64,000 bases of DNA from Actinomycetota bacterium (lineage in GTDB: Bacteria; Actinomycetota; Acidimicrobiia; IMCC26256; VFJJ01), in NCBI GenBank assembly GCA_009886115.1, contig VFJJ01000105.1, positions 1,891 through 65,890 on the forward strand, written 5' to 3'. A program made the translations under genes and the position numbers. Shown one piece after another: positions 9,399 through 18,597 of the stretch. The notes below the pieces were generated by a model. The model was not told the origin of the DNA, searched no databases, and saw nothing but the letters and a program-made list of their open reading frames with translations. Each line of letters begins with the position of its first letter. The first letter of the stretch is position 1.

Positions 9399-10850
9399 GT
9401 GAGCGACCACCATCGGGTACTCGACGCGGCTCCTATCCGAACTCTCGATGACTACATCGCAGAAGGCGGCGGACGAGGCCTGCACGCGGCACGCGACCAC
9501 GACCCCGGGACGATCATCCGCATGATCGAGGCCTCGGGCCTCAGGGGTCGTGGTGGGGCCGGGTTCCCGACCGGGAAGAAGTGGCGGACCGTGTCGTCGC
9601 ACCGCTCGGGGTCGCTGGCCACCAGCGTGGTGGTCAACGCCGCCGAGGGCGAGCCGGGCACGTTCAAGGACCGGACGATCATCCGTCGCAACCCGTTCAA
9701 GCTCTTGGAGGGCGCACTCATCGCCTGCCGCGCCGTGGGCGCGAACCGCATCTTCGTGGGGACCAAGGAGCACTTCCACATCGAGGTCGCTCGTCTGCTC
9801 AACGCCGTCGACGAGGTCGTGGCCGCAGGATGGGCTCAGGGCGTCACCATCGAGGTCGTGCGCGGCCCGAGCTCGTACCTGCTCGGCGAAGAGACCGCTC
9901 TGCTCGAGGTGATCGACGAGCGGGCCCCGTTTCCGCGCATCGCACCGCCCTACCGCCATGGTGTGCAGGAGGTGGGGCTGGCAACGGGATACAGCGGCCA
10001 GATCGTGATGGCCTCCCGGGGCACGGCCACCGAGGCCCCGCCGACGCTGGTGAACAACGTCGAGACCATGTCGAACATCGCCTCGATCCTGGCCCACGGG
10101 CCCGACTGGTTCCGCGAGGTCGGCACGGCCGATTCGCCGGGCACGATCGTCTGCACGGTCAGCGGGCACACGACCAAGCAGGGCGTGTGCGAAGTGCCCA
10201 TGGGCCTGCCCCTGCGCCGGGTGCTCGAACGCATCGGCGGTGGGCCACACGCGGGCCGAGAGTGGACCGTGATGATGCCAGGAGTCTCGAACCCGTTGCT
10301 GTTGGCCGAGAAGTTCGACACCCCCGTGTCGTACGAGGCGCTCGCTGCCGCTGGGAGCGGGCTGGGATCGGGGTCGTTCATCGTGTTCGACGACACGCTC
10401 GACCCGGTCGCTCTCGCCTATGGCGTGTCGCGCTTCTTGTCGATCGAGTCGTGCGGGCAGTGCACGCCGTGCAAGAAGACCGGTATGAAGATCACCGAGC
10501 ACCTCGATGCCCTCAGGCAGTCGAAGGCCAAGCCCTGGGACGTCAACGAGGTCAAGCGTCGCATCCCGTTGGTGAACGAGAGCGCTCGGTGCTACATCGG
10601 CCATCAGCAGCGGACGGTGCTCGAGAGCATCCTCGGCCTGTTCCCCGAGGCGTTCGAAGCCCATGGCGACGGACGGGTGCCCGGCGCCGAGCCCGAGGCG
10701 ATCATCCCCATCCTCGACATCGTCGACGGTACGGCCGTCTACGATGTCGACCATTGGGAGAAGCAACCCGACTGGACGTTCGGCGTGTGGTCGGGCGCCA
10801 GCCCCGTCGAGCTGCTCGGCCACAAGATCCCCGAGCAGCTCTACCACTGA
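9399..10850 (+). CDS. NuoF-like NADH-binding FMN/[4Fe-4S] flavoprotein (complex I 51-kDa subunit homolog, stand-alone)
   Basis: Motifs present are SGLRGRGGAGFPTGKKW (FMN site), NAAEGEPGTFKDR (NADH site) and ESCGQCTPCK (N3 cluster cysteines). The start is uncertain (GTG 9399 preferred; GTG 9330 would overlap the CDF gene). Confidence 0.8.
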   Translation: MSDHHRVLDAAPIRTLDDYIAEGGGRGLHAARDHDPGTIIRMIEASGLRGRGGAGFPTGKKWRTVSSHRSGSLATSVVVNAAEGEPGTFKDRTIIRRNPFKLLEGALIACRAVGANRIFVGTKEHFHIEVARLLNAVDEVVAAGWAQGVTIEVVRGPSSYLLGEETALLEVIDERAPFPRIAPPYRHGVQEVGLATGYSGQIVMASRGTATEAPPTLVNNVETMSNIASILAHGPDWFREVGTADSPGTIVCTVSGHTTKQGVCEVPMGLPLRRVLERIGGGPHAGREWTVMMPGVSNPLLLAEKFDTPVSYEALAAAGSGLGSGSFIVFDDTLDPVALAYGVSRFLSIESCGQCTPCKKTGMKITEHLDALRQSKAKPWDVNEVKRRIPLVNESARCYIGHQQRTVLESILGLFPEAFEAHGDGRVPGAEPEAIIPILDIVDGTAVYDVDHWEKQPDWTFGVWSGASPVELLGHKIPEQLYH

Positions 10851-10922
10851 GCGGCGCTCCTCACGCACGAGACGGCCGCCCTCGCCTGCCAACGCCGGCG
10901 TGCAGACGACTCGAGGAGCACC

Positions 10923-11714
10923 ATGGAACGCTTGGCGGGCAAGGGAATCTGGGTGACGGGTGCGGCCCAGGGTTTGGGTGAGGTCATCGCCCGACGGGCC
11001 GTCGCCGAGGGCGCGCTCGTGGTCGTGGCCGACGTGAAGGAAGACGCCGGGCGGGCCGTCGCCGACGATCTCGGCCCTGCGGCCGTGTTCATCCGGCTCG
11101 ACATCACCGACGACAGCAGCTGGGCGCAGGCCGTCCCCAGCGTCCTGGGCCACCTGGGCCAGCTCGACGGCATCGTCAACAACGCGGCGATCCTGTGGAT
11201 GGGGTCGCTCGAATCGATGAGCACCGCCGACGCCGAGCGAGTCATGCGGGTGAACCTGCTCGGGACGTTCCTCGGGATACGTACCGCCGTCGCGCCGTTG
11301 CGGGCCGCGGGTGGCGGGTCGATCGTCAACATCTCCTCGATCGACGGGCTCGCCGGCATGAACAGCGTCGCCATGTACTCGGCCACCAAGTTCGCGGTGC
11401 GCGGGCTCACCAAGTCGGCCGCGCTCGAGCTCGGCCGCGACGGCATCAGGGTCAACACCGTGTGCCCGGCCATGGGCAACCCCGAGATGTCGATGCCGTG
11501 GTTCGATCAGTTCGACCTCGACCGCTACCTGGCTCGGGTCCAGCAACCGGCCATCCTCGACGACGGCATACCGCGCACCGTCGACGCCGACGCTGTGGCC
11601 TCGATGGTGCTGTTCCTGCTGAGCGATGAGAGCCGCACGTGTAGCGGAGGCGATTATCCCGTCGACGCGGCGTGGACGGCCGGCAAGCTCTGCCCCGGCC
11701 TTCCCGGCTTCTGA
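10923..11714 (+). CDS. Short-chain dehydrogenase/reductase (SDR), hydroxysteroid-dehydrogenase-like
   Basis: The sequence GKGIWVTGAAQGLG is a TGxxxGxG Rossmann motif. NNAAI and YSATKFAV (YxxxK) are also present. Confidence 0.9.
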   Translation: MERLAGKGIWVTGAAQGLGEVIARRAVAEGALVVVADVKEDAGRAVADDLGPAAVFIRLDITDDSSWAQAVPSVLGHLGQLDGIVNNAAILWMGSLESMSTADAERVMRVNLLGTFLGIRTAVAPLRAAGGGSIVNISSIDGLAGMNSVAMYSATKFAVRGLTKSAALELGRDGIRVNTVCPAMGNPEMSMPWFDQFDLDRYLARVQQPAILDDGIPRTVDADAVASMVLFLLSDESRTCSGGDYPVDAAWTAGKLCPGLPGF

Positions 11715-11813
11715 GGCGAGCCCACGCCTTTTTTCGCGATTTCGCGCACCCCCGGTGCAAAAGCGCGAAGAAAGCAGCCCGAGCGCAGCCCGAGCGCGGC
11801 GCGAGCGGCGCCG

Positions 11814-13331
11814 ATGTTGCACATGATCGCGGTCACCCGGACCGGTACTGTGCGGCGAAGAGGCGAGGAGAACGGCCTGGGGGGCGAGGTGGCGGGCACG
11901 ACAGCTGGTCGGGGACCGGGAGCGACGTGGCGACGGCTGCGCGTTCTGGAGCGCGCGACCCGTCCGGTCGATCCACTCATCGCGGCAGCCCTCGATCGGC
12001 GCTGGGACGGGCTTCCGGAGCACGTCAAGACCCCGGCCCAGCTCGTGGGGCGCCGCACAACGGGATGCGAGGGTACGCACGGGGTGTTCCCGCAGTGTGA
12101 CTTCACCTGCAAGCCCTGCTACCACTCCAAGGACGCCAACCGGGTGGCGATCGACGGGCCGCACACCATTCGGGAGGTCGAGCGGCAGATGGCCCACCTC
12201 GAGAGCGAGCGCGGGCCGTCGGCGTACGCTCAGCTCATCGGGGGCGAGGTGTCGCTGCTCCATCCCGACGACCACGCGGCGACGATCGAGACCATGCGCC
12301 GTCACGGCCGCGTGCCCATGAGCTTCACCCACGGCGACATCGACGCCGAGTACCTCGAGCGTCTCACCATCAAGCCCGACGGCACACGGCGCTTCGATTT
12401 CCTGTCGTTCGCCGCGCATTTCGACATGACGATGTTCGGCCGGCGGGGCCTCGAAAAGCCCACGTGCGAACGCGAGCTGAACCCCGCGCGCCAGCGGTTC
12501 GTCGAGATGTTCGACCGCCTCCGCCGCGACCACGGCGTACGTTCGTACCTCGCCCACAACATGACAGTCACCCCCACGAACCTCGACCAGGTCGCCGAGG
12601 TCGTCCGCGAGTGCCGGTTCATGGGCTTTCGCATGTTCTCGTTCCAGCCCGCAGCCTTCGTGGGGAACGAGACCCGATGGACAGCCGACTACCGAGCGAT
12701 GTCCGACGACGACGTGTGGGCCGAGGTCGAGCGAGGTGTCGGTGTGCGCCTGCCGTACAAGGCCGTCCAGTTCGGCGACTTCCGCTGCAACCGCGTCGTG
12801 TGGGGCGTGTGGGTCGGCGAGCGGTTCGTTCCCGTTCTCGACGATGACGTCCCCGCCGACCTGCGGGCTCGCGACCTGTTCCTGCATGCCTTCCGCGGCA
12901 ACTTCCTCTTCGTGCGCAGACCAGTCATGACGACCCGGGTGGTCCGGACGGTGCTCCGCCATCCACGGCTGGTGCCGGTCGGCCTGGCCTGGGCCCGACG
13001 TTTCGTCCGGCGGGGCGGCGGCATCCTTGCGTTCCGCAAGCCCTTGCGCCCCATGACGTTCGTGATGCACAGCTTCATCGACGCCGCCGATGTCGCGCCC
13101 GCCTGGGAGGCGCTCCAGCGAGGCGAGACCCTCTCCGACGAAAGGCTCAAGGCCACGCAGGAGCGGTTGGCCGCGTGCGTGTACTCGATGGCACATCCCG
13201 ACACCGGGCAGATCGTCCCAGCCTGCGTACAGCACAGCCTGCTCGACCCCCTCGAGAACGTCCAGCTCGTCGAGTTGCTCCCCCGCTCCCCCCGCTCTCG
13301 TGCGAGGCTCGCCGACGCCACTCGGGCCTGA
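11814..13331 (+). CDS. Radical SAM enzyme of unassigned subfamily (about 505 aa)
   Basis: A CDFTCKPCY motif (Cx3Cx2C, C95/C99/C102, nt 12096-12119) is followed by a GGEVSLL (SAM-binding GGE) motif. A long C-terminal extension ends ...ACVYSMAHPDTGQIVPACVQHS. The exact start is uncertain (ATG 11814 or 11823). Confidence 0.8.
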   Translation: MLHMIAVTRTGTVRRRGEENGLGGEVAGTTAGRGPGATWRRLRVLERATRPVDPLIAAALDRRWDGLPEHVKTPAQLVGRRTTGCEGTHGVFPQCDFTCKPCYHSKDANRVAIDGPHTIREVERQMAHLESERGPSAYAQLIGGEVSLLHPDDHAATIETMRRHGRVPMSFTHGDIDAEYLERLTIKPDGTRRFDFLSFAAHFDMTMFGRRGLEKPTCERELNPARQRFVEMFDRLRRDHGVRSYLAHNMTVTPTNLDQVAEVVRECRFMGFRMFSFQPAAFVGNETRWTADYRAMSDDDVWAEVERGVGVRLPYKAVQFGDFRCNRVVWGVWVGERFVPVLDDDVPADLRARDLFLHAFRGNFLFVRRPVMTTRVVRTVLRHPRLVPVGLAWARRFVRRGGGILAFRKPLRPMTFVMHSFIDAADVAPAWEALQRGETLSDERLKATQERLAACVYSMAHPDTGQIVPACVQHSLLDPLENVQLVELLPRSPRSRARLADATRA

Positions 13332-13942
13332 TGTTCGACCGGGCCCTGCGTACGGCGAAGGATCGTGCGCTCCGACCCACGGCGCAGGTGGCGACGAGGA
13401 TCGTCGGACCCCTGCCGTTGACGCTGGCCGCGGCCGCGGCCAGCGTCGCGGCCGCTGTTGTGGCGTCCGACGGTCGGACGTGGCCGGCGGTGGCGCTCTG
13501 GTTGGCCTCACGGGTGCTCGACGGTCTCGACGGGACGGTCGCTCGTCTGCGGAGCGCCGCCACCGACCTCGGCGGCTACCTCGACATCGTGCTCGACACG
13601 ATCGGGTACGCGGCCGTCCCGCTCGGGGTGGCGTGGCACGTCGACGACCGCAGCACCTGGATGGCCGTCGCGCTGCTGCTCGGCTCGTTCTACGTGAACG
13701 CCATCTCGTGGGCGTACCTGTCGGCGGTGCTCGAAAAGCGCAGCCGCGGTGCGGCCTCCACCGGGGAATCCACAGCCGTCACCATGCCCGGCGGGCTCAT
13801 CGAGGGGGCCGAGACCATCGCACTGTTCTCGGGCATGCTCATCTGGCCGCAGCACGCCGCGACCTGGTTCGTCCTGATGGCCGCAGCGGTGGGCTTCACC
13901 ATCGCGCAACGGGTGGTCTTTGCCGTGAGGGAGCTCGGGTGA
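13331..13942 (+). CDS. CDP-alcohol phosphatidyltransferase family protein (YnjF-like, small)
   Basis: DGLDGTVARLRSAATDLGGYLDIVLD matches DGx2ARx7-8Gx3Dx3D (nt 13520-13596). The protein is multi-TM. Its start ATG shares the A of the radical SAM TGA (TGATG at 13329-13333). Confidence 0.85.
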   Translation: MFDRALRTAKDRALRPTAQVATRIVGPLPLTLAAAAASVAAAVVASDGRTWPAVALWLASRVLDGLDGTVARLRSAATDLGGYLDIVLDTIGYAAVPLGVAWHVDDRSTWMAVALLLGSFYVNAISWAYLSAVLEKRSRGAASTGESTAVTMPGGLIEGAETIALFSGMLIWPQHAATWFVLMAAAVGFTIAQRVVFAVRELG

Positions 13943-14811
13943 CGGGCCGTGTCGACGGCCATCGGCGCGGCCCCGACCGAGCGCGGATGGTCCAACGCGC
14001 CGCGGCCCTCACCACGCTGCTCGGCGCGGTCGTGGCCTGGCGCGTGTATCAGCACCGCACCGGAATGGGCACGACCGAGACCCTGCAACGATTCGTCGAC
14101 CGGGTCGACTCGGCCCGATGGGGCGTGCCGGCCTACCTCGGCGTCTACCTGGCCCGGCCGCTCGTGCTGTTCCCGGCCACGCTGCTGACGGTGGCCGGCG
14201 GGCTGATCTTCGGCCCGGTCACCGGTATCGTCGTGGTCGTTGTGGGGGCCAACGCCTCGGCGATGGTCGCCTACGGCGTCGGCCGGCTGCTCACGAAGCG
14301 ACCCGGTGCCGCGGTACCCGCCGGTGCTTCTGCCGTGACCGCCGGTGCTGCCAGTGCCGCCAACGCCGTCGACGGCGCGACCCCGTCAGCCGTGCTCGGC
14401 TTCGCCAACCGCTGGGCCGACCGCATGCGCCGCAACAGCTTCGAGTCGATCTTGCTGATGCGCTTGTTGTTCTTGCCCTATGACCTCGTCAACTACTCCG
14501 CCGGGCTGTTGCGGATCCGTTGGGTGCCGTTCCTCGGTGCGACCGCCATCGGCTCGCTCCCCGGCACCGTCTCGTTCGTGCTCCTCGGGGCCTCGCTCGA
14601 GCGGGTCGACGAAGGCATCGACGGCCTCGACCCGGCGGCGCTGATCGTCTCGGTCGGGCTGATCGCCGCCAGCATCACGACGTCGCGCCTGTTGCGGCGC
14701 CGGCAATCGGTCGCTGGCGGCGGCACGGGCGCGGGCGCCGGACCAGGTGTGGGCCGGGGCGATGGCGATGGCGATGGCGATGGCGATACGGCGCTGCAGG
14801 CGATGCCGTGA
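13939..14811 (+). CDS. TVP38/TMEM64 (DedA-related, SNARE-associated) family membrane protein
   Basis: The sequence LARPLVLFPATLLTVAGGLIFGPVTGIVVVVVGANASAMVAYGVGR...LRLLFLPYDLVNYSAGL is the TVP38 pattern. A GTGA overlap at 13939-13942 joins it to the upstream gene (alternative ATG 13987). The C-terminal GD x5 comes from a GGCGAT repeat. Confidence 0.8.
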   Translation: MTGRVDGHRRGPDRARMVQRAAALTTLLGAVVAWRVYQHRTGMGTTETLQRFVDRVDSARWGVPAYLGVYLARPLVLFPATLLTVAGGLIFGPVTGIVVVVVGANASAMVAYGVGRLLTKRPGAAVPAGASAVTAGAASAANAVDGATPSAVLGFANRWADRMRRNSFESILLMRLLFLPYDLVNYSAGLLRIRWVPFLGATAIGSLPGTVSFVLLGASLERVDEGIDGLDPAALIVSVGLIAASITTSRLLRRRQSVAGGGTGAGAGPGVGRGDGDGDGDGDTALQAMP

Positions 14812-16379
14812 CTCACCCGTCGACGATGCGCTCGATGCGCCGGCGCGGACACCCGCGATCAGCCCGGGCATCAGCCGAGGCATCAGCCGGGGCATCAGCC
14901 GAGGCATCAGCCGGGGCCATCGGTCTCGCTGAGGTCGCGGGGGCCTTCGACGCGGTCGTCATCGGAGCGGGCTCGGCCGGACTCACGGTGGCCGTTGGTC
15001 TGGCCGGGCTCGGCAAGCGGGTGGCCCTGGTCGAATCGGGGCCGATCGGGGGCGACTGCACGAACACCGGGTGCATCCCGTCCAAGACGCTGATCCACCA
15101 AGCGTCTCGCCACGGCCCGCTCCCTGGACCAGCGCCGGCGGTTGACGGGCTCAGCGCAGCAGCGGCGGCGCTCGCACTCGTACGCCAACGCCGAGACGAG
15201 CTCGCCCGGCGCGAGCGTGCCGAGATACCGGCCATCCCCGGCATCGAGCTCGTCGAGGGGCGAGCGCGGCTCGTGGCCGCGGGCCGGGTCGAGATCACCC
15301 GAGCCGATGGCGTCACTCGCTCGATCGACGCGGCGCACGTGGTCGTCGCGACCGGGGCCGGTCCCCGCCCGCTGGTGATCGACGGGCTCCCCGCGGCGCT
15401 GGCCCTCACCAACGAGACCCTCTTCGAGCAGCCCGACCTCTCCGGCCATCTCGTGGTGATCGGCGGTGGGGCGATCGGCGTCGAGATGGCCTGCGCGGTG
15501 CGACGCCTCGGTGCACGGGTCACCGTGGTGACTCGCGGCACGAGCCTCCTGAGCGCCGAGGACCGCGCTGCAACCTCGGTACTGGTGGCCGAGCTGCGCG
15601 CTCGCGGGATCGACGTGCGAACCAGTGCCGAAGCGGCCCGATTCGAGCACGCCACGAGCACCCTGGTGCTCGGTGACGGGTCGCGCCTCGATGCCGTCGA
15701 TCAGGTGCTCGTGGCCATCGGGCGGTCTCCCCGGGTCGGGGGCCTCGGCCTCGAGCACGTCGGCGTCAAGATCACCTCGTCGGGAATCGCGACCGATCAC
15801 GTCGGTCGAACCGGCGTGGCGGGTCTGTGGGCGGTCGGCGACGTCACCGACCTCTCCCACACGACCCATGGCGCGAATGCCTACGGGCGACGAGTCGTGC
15901 AGGCGATCGCCTTCCCGATGATTCCCATCCGCAACCGGCCGATCCTGGTGCCCACCGCGGTGTTCTCCGATCCGGAGCTGGCTTCGGTGGGGCTCTCGCT
16001 CGCCGAGATCGAGCGCCGTTGGCCGACGGCGGCCGTGCGGCGCTTCGAGATCGACTTGGCCTCCCTCGATCGGGCGCACACCGACGACGTACGTCACGGG
16101 ATCATGATCGTGATCGCCGAGCGCCTGACCGGACGGGTCCTGCGCGCGACCACCGTCGGGCCTCACGCGTCCGAGACGATCGGCATCGTCACCTTGGCGA
16201 TCCAGCGCAACATCTCCCTCCATCGCCTGTACCGACTCGTGCACCCCTACCCCACCTTCGCGGCTGCGCTGGGCAAGGCCGCCGACGAGTTCACCCGCGA
16301 GACCCTGCCCCACCTCCCTCGCGAGAGCGCTGCCTGGCTCCGAACTCGCTTGCCCAAGGTCATCAGGAGCTTTCGATGA
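14808..16379 (+). CDS. Pyridine nucleotide-disulfide oxidoreductase (mercuric/glutathione reductase-like, class I flavoprotein disulfide reductase)
   Basis: The protein has FDAVVIGAGSAGLT (FAD GxGxxG), a GGDCTNTGCIPSK redox-active CxxxxC (nt 15057-15074), a second Rossmann motif VVIGGGAIGVE and a C-terminal dimerisation HPYPTF. A GTGA overlap at 14808-14811 joins it to the upstream gene (alternative ATG 14826). The N-terminus contains a 12-nt x4 repeat. Confidence 0.85.
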   Translation: MTHPSTMRSMRRRGHPRSARASAEASAGASAEASAGAIGLAEVAGAFDAVVIGAGSAGLTVAVGLAGLGKRVALVESGPIGGDCTNTGCIPSKTLIHQASRHGPLPGPAPAVDGLSAAAAALALVRQRRDELARRERAEIPAIPGIELVEGRARLVAAGRVEITRADGVTRSIDAAHVVVATGAGPRPLVIDGLPAALALTNETLFEQPDLSGHLVVIGGGAIGVEMACAVRRLGARVTVVTRGTSLLSAEDRAATSVLVAELRARGIDVRTSAEAARFEHATSTLVLGDGSRLDAVDQVLVAIGRSPRVGGLGLEHVGVKITSSGIATDHVGRTGVAGLWAVGDVTDLSHTTHGANAYGRRVVQAIAFPMIPIRNRPILVPTAVFSDPELASVGLSLAEIERRWPTAAVRRFEIDLASLDRAHTDDVRHGIMIVIAERLTGRVLRATTVGPHASETIGIVTLAIQRNISLHRLYRLVHPYPTFAAALGKAADEFTRETLPHLPRESAAWLRTRLPKVIRSFR

Positions 16380-17680
16380 GACGCACTTCGTTCCCGTGGC
16401 CCGCCCGCACCATTGGTCTGATCATGGCGTCGCTCATGGCGATCACGGCCTGCGGCAGCGACGACGACACCGGGTCCGGGTCCCCGTCAGCGTCGGGCTC
16501 GGTGGCCGAGATCCTCGACCCGTCCGACTGGGATGCGGTGGTCGAGGCCGCTCGCGGGCAAACGGTCAATTGGTACCTCTATGGGGGCTCGGAGAGCATC
16601 AACCGATTCGTCGACGAGACGTACGGGCCCGCCTTGTCGCAGCGGTACGACATCACCTTGAACCGGGTGCCCGTCGCCGACACCGTCGACGCCGTCAACC
16701 AGGTGCTGGCCGAAGCCGAGGCAGGCACCGAGAACGGATCAGTCGATCTCATCTGGATCAACGGCGAGAACTTCAGCACGCTCAAGGAAGCGGAGCTCTT
16801 GCTACCGGCGTGGGCCGAGGCGATCCCCGGCGCCGCCCTGGTCGACTGGGACAACCCGGCGATCAACCTCGACTTCGGCGTCCCGGTCGAAGGCCAGGAG
16901 AGCCCGTGGTCGTCGGCGCAGTTCCAGCTCGTCTACGACACGGCGCGCATGTCCGCCGACGAGTTGCCCCGGTCGTACGCCGCCATGAAGGACTGGGCCT
17001 GCGCCCACCCTGGGCGCTTCACCTACATCGCCCCCGGTCCCGGCGCCTTCCAGGGAACCCGGTTCGTCAAGGGAGCGCTGTACGAGCTCTCGGGCGATCC
17101 CGCGCTCTGGAAGTTGTTCGACCAGGCGCTCTGGGACCAGTGGTCGCCGGCGTTGTGGGCGTACCTCGACGAGCTCGCGCCCTGCCTGTGGCGCGAGGGC
17201 GAGACCTACCCCAAGGACGAGAACGAGCTCCACGCGCTCTTCGCCAACCAGGAGGTCGATTTCACGATCACCCAGGCGGCGGTCGGGCCCGGCTCCCTCA
17301 TCGCCGAGGGGCTCGTCCCGAGCACGGCCAAGGCCTTCGTGTTCGACGCCAACTCGATCGGCGACTTCAACTACGTGACCATCCCGGCGAACGCCGCCAA
17401 CGCCGCTGCTGCACTGGTACTGGCGAATCTCATCCTCGACCCGACGCTCCAGGCCCGTCAGATCGTGCCCGAGAACGGGTTCGGCCTCGGGTTCGCGATC
17501 GACGTCGGCCGGGTCAGCGATCCTGCGCAGCGTGCCGCGCTCGACACCGCGGCCGCATCGCTCGGCGACGCAGCGGCGCCGGCCGACGAGCTGGCCCGCG
17601 CGCTCGTCGGCGACGCCGCAGCCGAGTACCAGGACCTCGTCGAGCAGGGCTGGCGCGAGAACGTCTCGGGCGGGCTGTGA
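16376..17680 (+). CDS. ABC transporter substrate-binding lipoprotein, YnjB-like
   Basis: A lipobox LMAITACG is followed by NWYLYGGSESINRFVD...GSVDLIWINGENFSTLKEAELL, remembered as characteristic of the YnjB family. There is an ATGA overlap with the reductase stop (16376-16379). Confidence 0.8.
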   Translation: MRRTSFPWPARTIGLIMASLMAITACGSDDDTGSGSPSASGSVAEILDPSDWDAVVEAARGQTVNWYLYGGSESINRFVDETYGPALSQRYDITLNRVPVADTVDAVNQVLAEAEAGTENGSVDLIWINGENFSTLKEAELLLPAWAEAIPGAALVDWDNPAINLDFGVPVEGQESPWSSAQFQLVYDTARMSADELPRSYAAMKDWACAHPGRFTYIAPGPGAFQGTRFVKGALYELSGDPALWKLFDQALWDQWSPALWAYLDELAPCLWREGETYPKDENELHALFANQEVDFTITQAAVGPGSLIAEGLVPSTAKAFVFDANSIGDFNYVTIPANAANAAAALVLANLILDPTLQARQIVPENGFGLGFAIDVGRVSDPAQRAALDTAAASLGDAAAPADELARALVGDAAAEYQDLVEQGWRENVSGGL

Positions 17681-18597
17681 CCCCGTCGGTCCTGGGCGTC
17701 GATCGTGGGTGGGGTAGGGCCCTGCGGCTGAGCCCGGTGCTCATCGTGGTGGGGGGCTTGAGTGCCTACGCCGCGTGGATCGTGTTCCGCCAGAGCCTGG
17801 GTCTCGGTCTGGGTCTGGGTCCGAGCGCCGAGCGCAGCCCGGGTCGCGACGGTGGGGCGACGCTCGATGCCTATCGGCGGCTCGTCGAGGCCGACGGTTT
17901 CTGGCGTTCGTGGGCGTTCACGCTGTGGGTGGCCGCGGTCGGGACGATCTTGGCTGTCGTGGGAGCCGTGGCGGTCTTGTGGCACTGGACGCGTCGCCCC
18001 GGACGGGCCCGGCGGTTCGATCTCTGGCTGCTCCAGGTGAACCTGACGATCCCCCACGTCGTGTGGACGGTGGCCCTGCTCGCCACCTTCTCCCAGAGCG
18101 GTTGGGCGTCACGCCTCGTCGCCGCCGCGGGGCTGATCGACCGTCCGGCCCAGTTCCCGGTGCTGGTGCGCGACGCCTTCGGTGTGGGCATCATCGGGCA
18201 TCTGGTCACCAAGGAGCTCCCGTTCCTGGTGCTTGCCGGGGCTCCCCTCGCCGGCCGTCGGCTGGCGCCCCTCGTGCAGACGGCGGCCACCCTGGGCGCC
18301 GGGCCATGGCCCACGCTCCGGCGGGTGTTCCTCCCGGCGATCGTTCCGGTGCTCGTACCCGCGAGCCTCGTGGCGTTCGCCTTCGCCGTCGGCGCCTACG
18401 AGCCCGCCAGCGCGCTCGGTGTGAGCGACCCCCGGATGCTCTCGGTCGTGGCGCTCGAGCGTTATCGCGACCCCGATCTCCTTGTGCGGGCTGACGCCCA
18501 GGCGATCAGCGTCGTCCTGGCCCTGATCGTGATCGCCGTCGCAGTGGCCGTGTGGTCGGCCACCCGGCGCTGGTTCCCCAGGCGACCGGGACCATGA
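17677..18597 (+). CDS. ABC transporter permease (YnjC-like, first half)
   Basis: The protein is multi-TM with a permease EAA-like region (TAATLGAGPWPTLRRVFLPAIVP). There is a GTGA overlap with the binding-protein stop. Confidence 0.8.
   Translation: MTPSVLGVDRGWGRALRLSPVLIVVGGLSAYAAWIVFRQSLGLGLGLGPSAERSPGRDGGATLDAYRRLVEADGFWRSWAFTLWVAAVGTILAVVGAVAVLWHWTRRPGRARRFDLWLLQVNLTIPHVVWTVALLATFSQSGWASRLVAAAGLIDRPAQFPVLVRDAFGVGIIGHLVTKELPFLVLAGAPLAGRRLAPLVQTAATLGAGPWPTLRRVFLPAIVPVLVPASLVAFAFAVGAYEPASALGVSDPRMLSVVALERYRDPDLLVRADAQAISVVLALIVIAVAVAVWSATRRWFPRRPGP

Noticed and set aside
9123-13511. A 1462-aa minus-strand ORF, plus similar giants (24861-28304 +, 1147 aa; 40647-43187 -, 846 aa; 3023-5530 -, 835 aa; 25881-27515 -).
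   Set aside because: These are Arg/Pro/Gly/Asp-rich low-information translations running antisense to, or out of frame with, genes that have clear family motifs. Such open frames are expected by chance at about 70% GC. Only the motif-bearing C-terminal parts (LLM, ADH, CoA-transferase) were kept, with internal starts.
14386-14907. A minus-strand ORF encoding MPRLMPRLMPRLMPGL..., and the plus-strand ORF 14747-14932.
   Set aside because: The periodic peptide is just the reverse or alternate-frame reading of the 12-nt x4 repeat inside the well-supported disulfide-reductase gene. There is no independent coding evidence.
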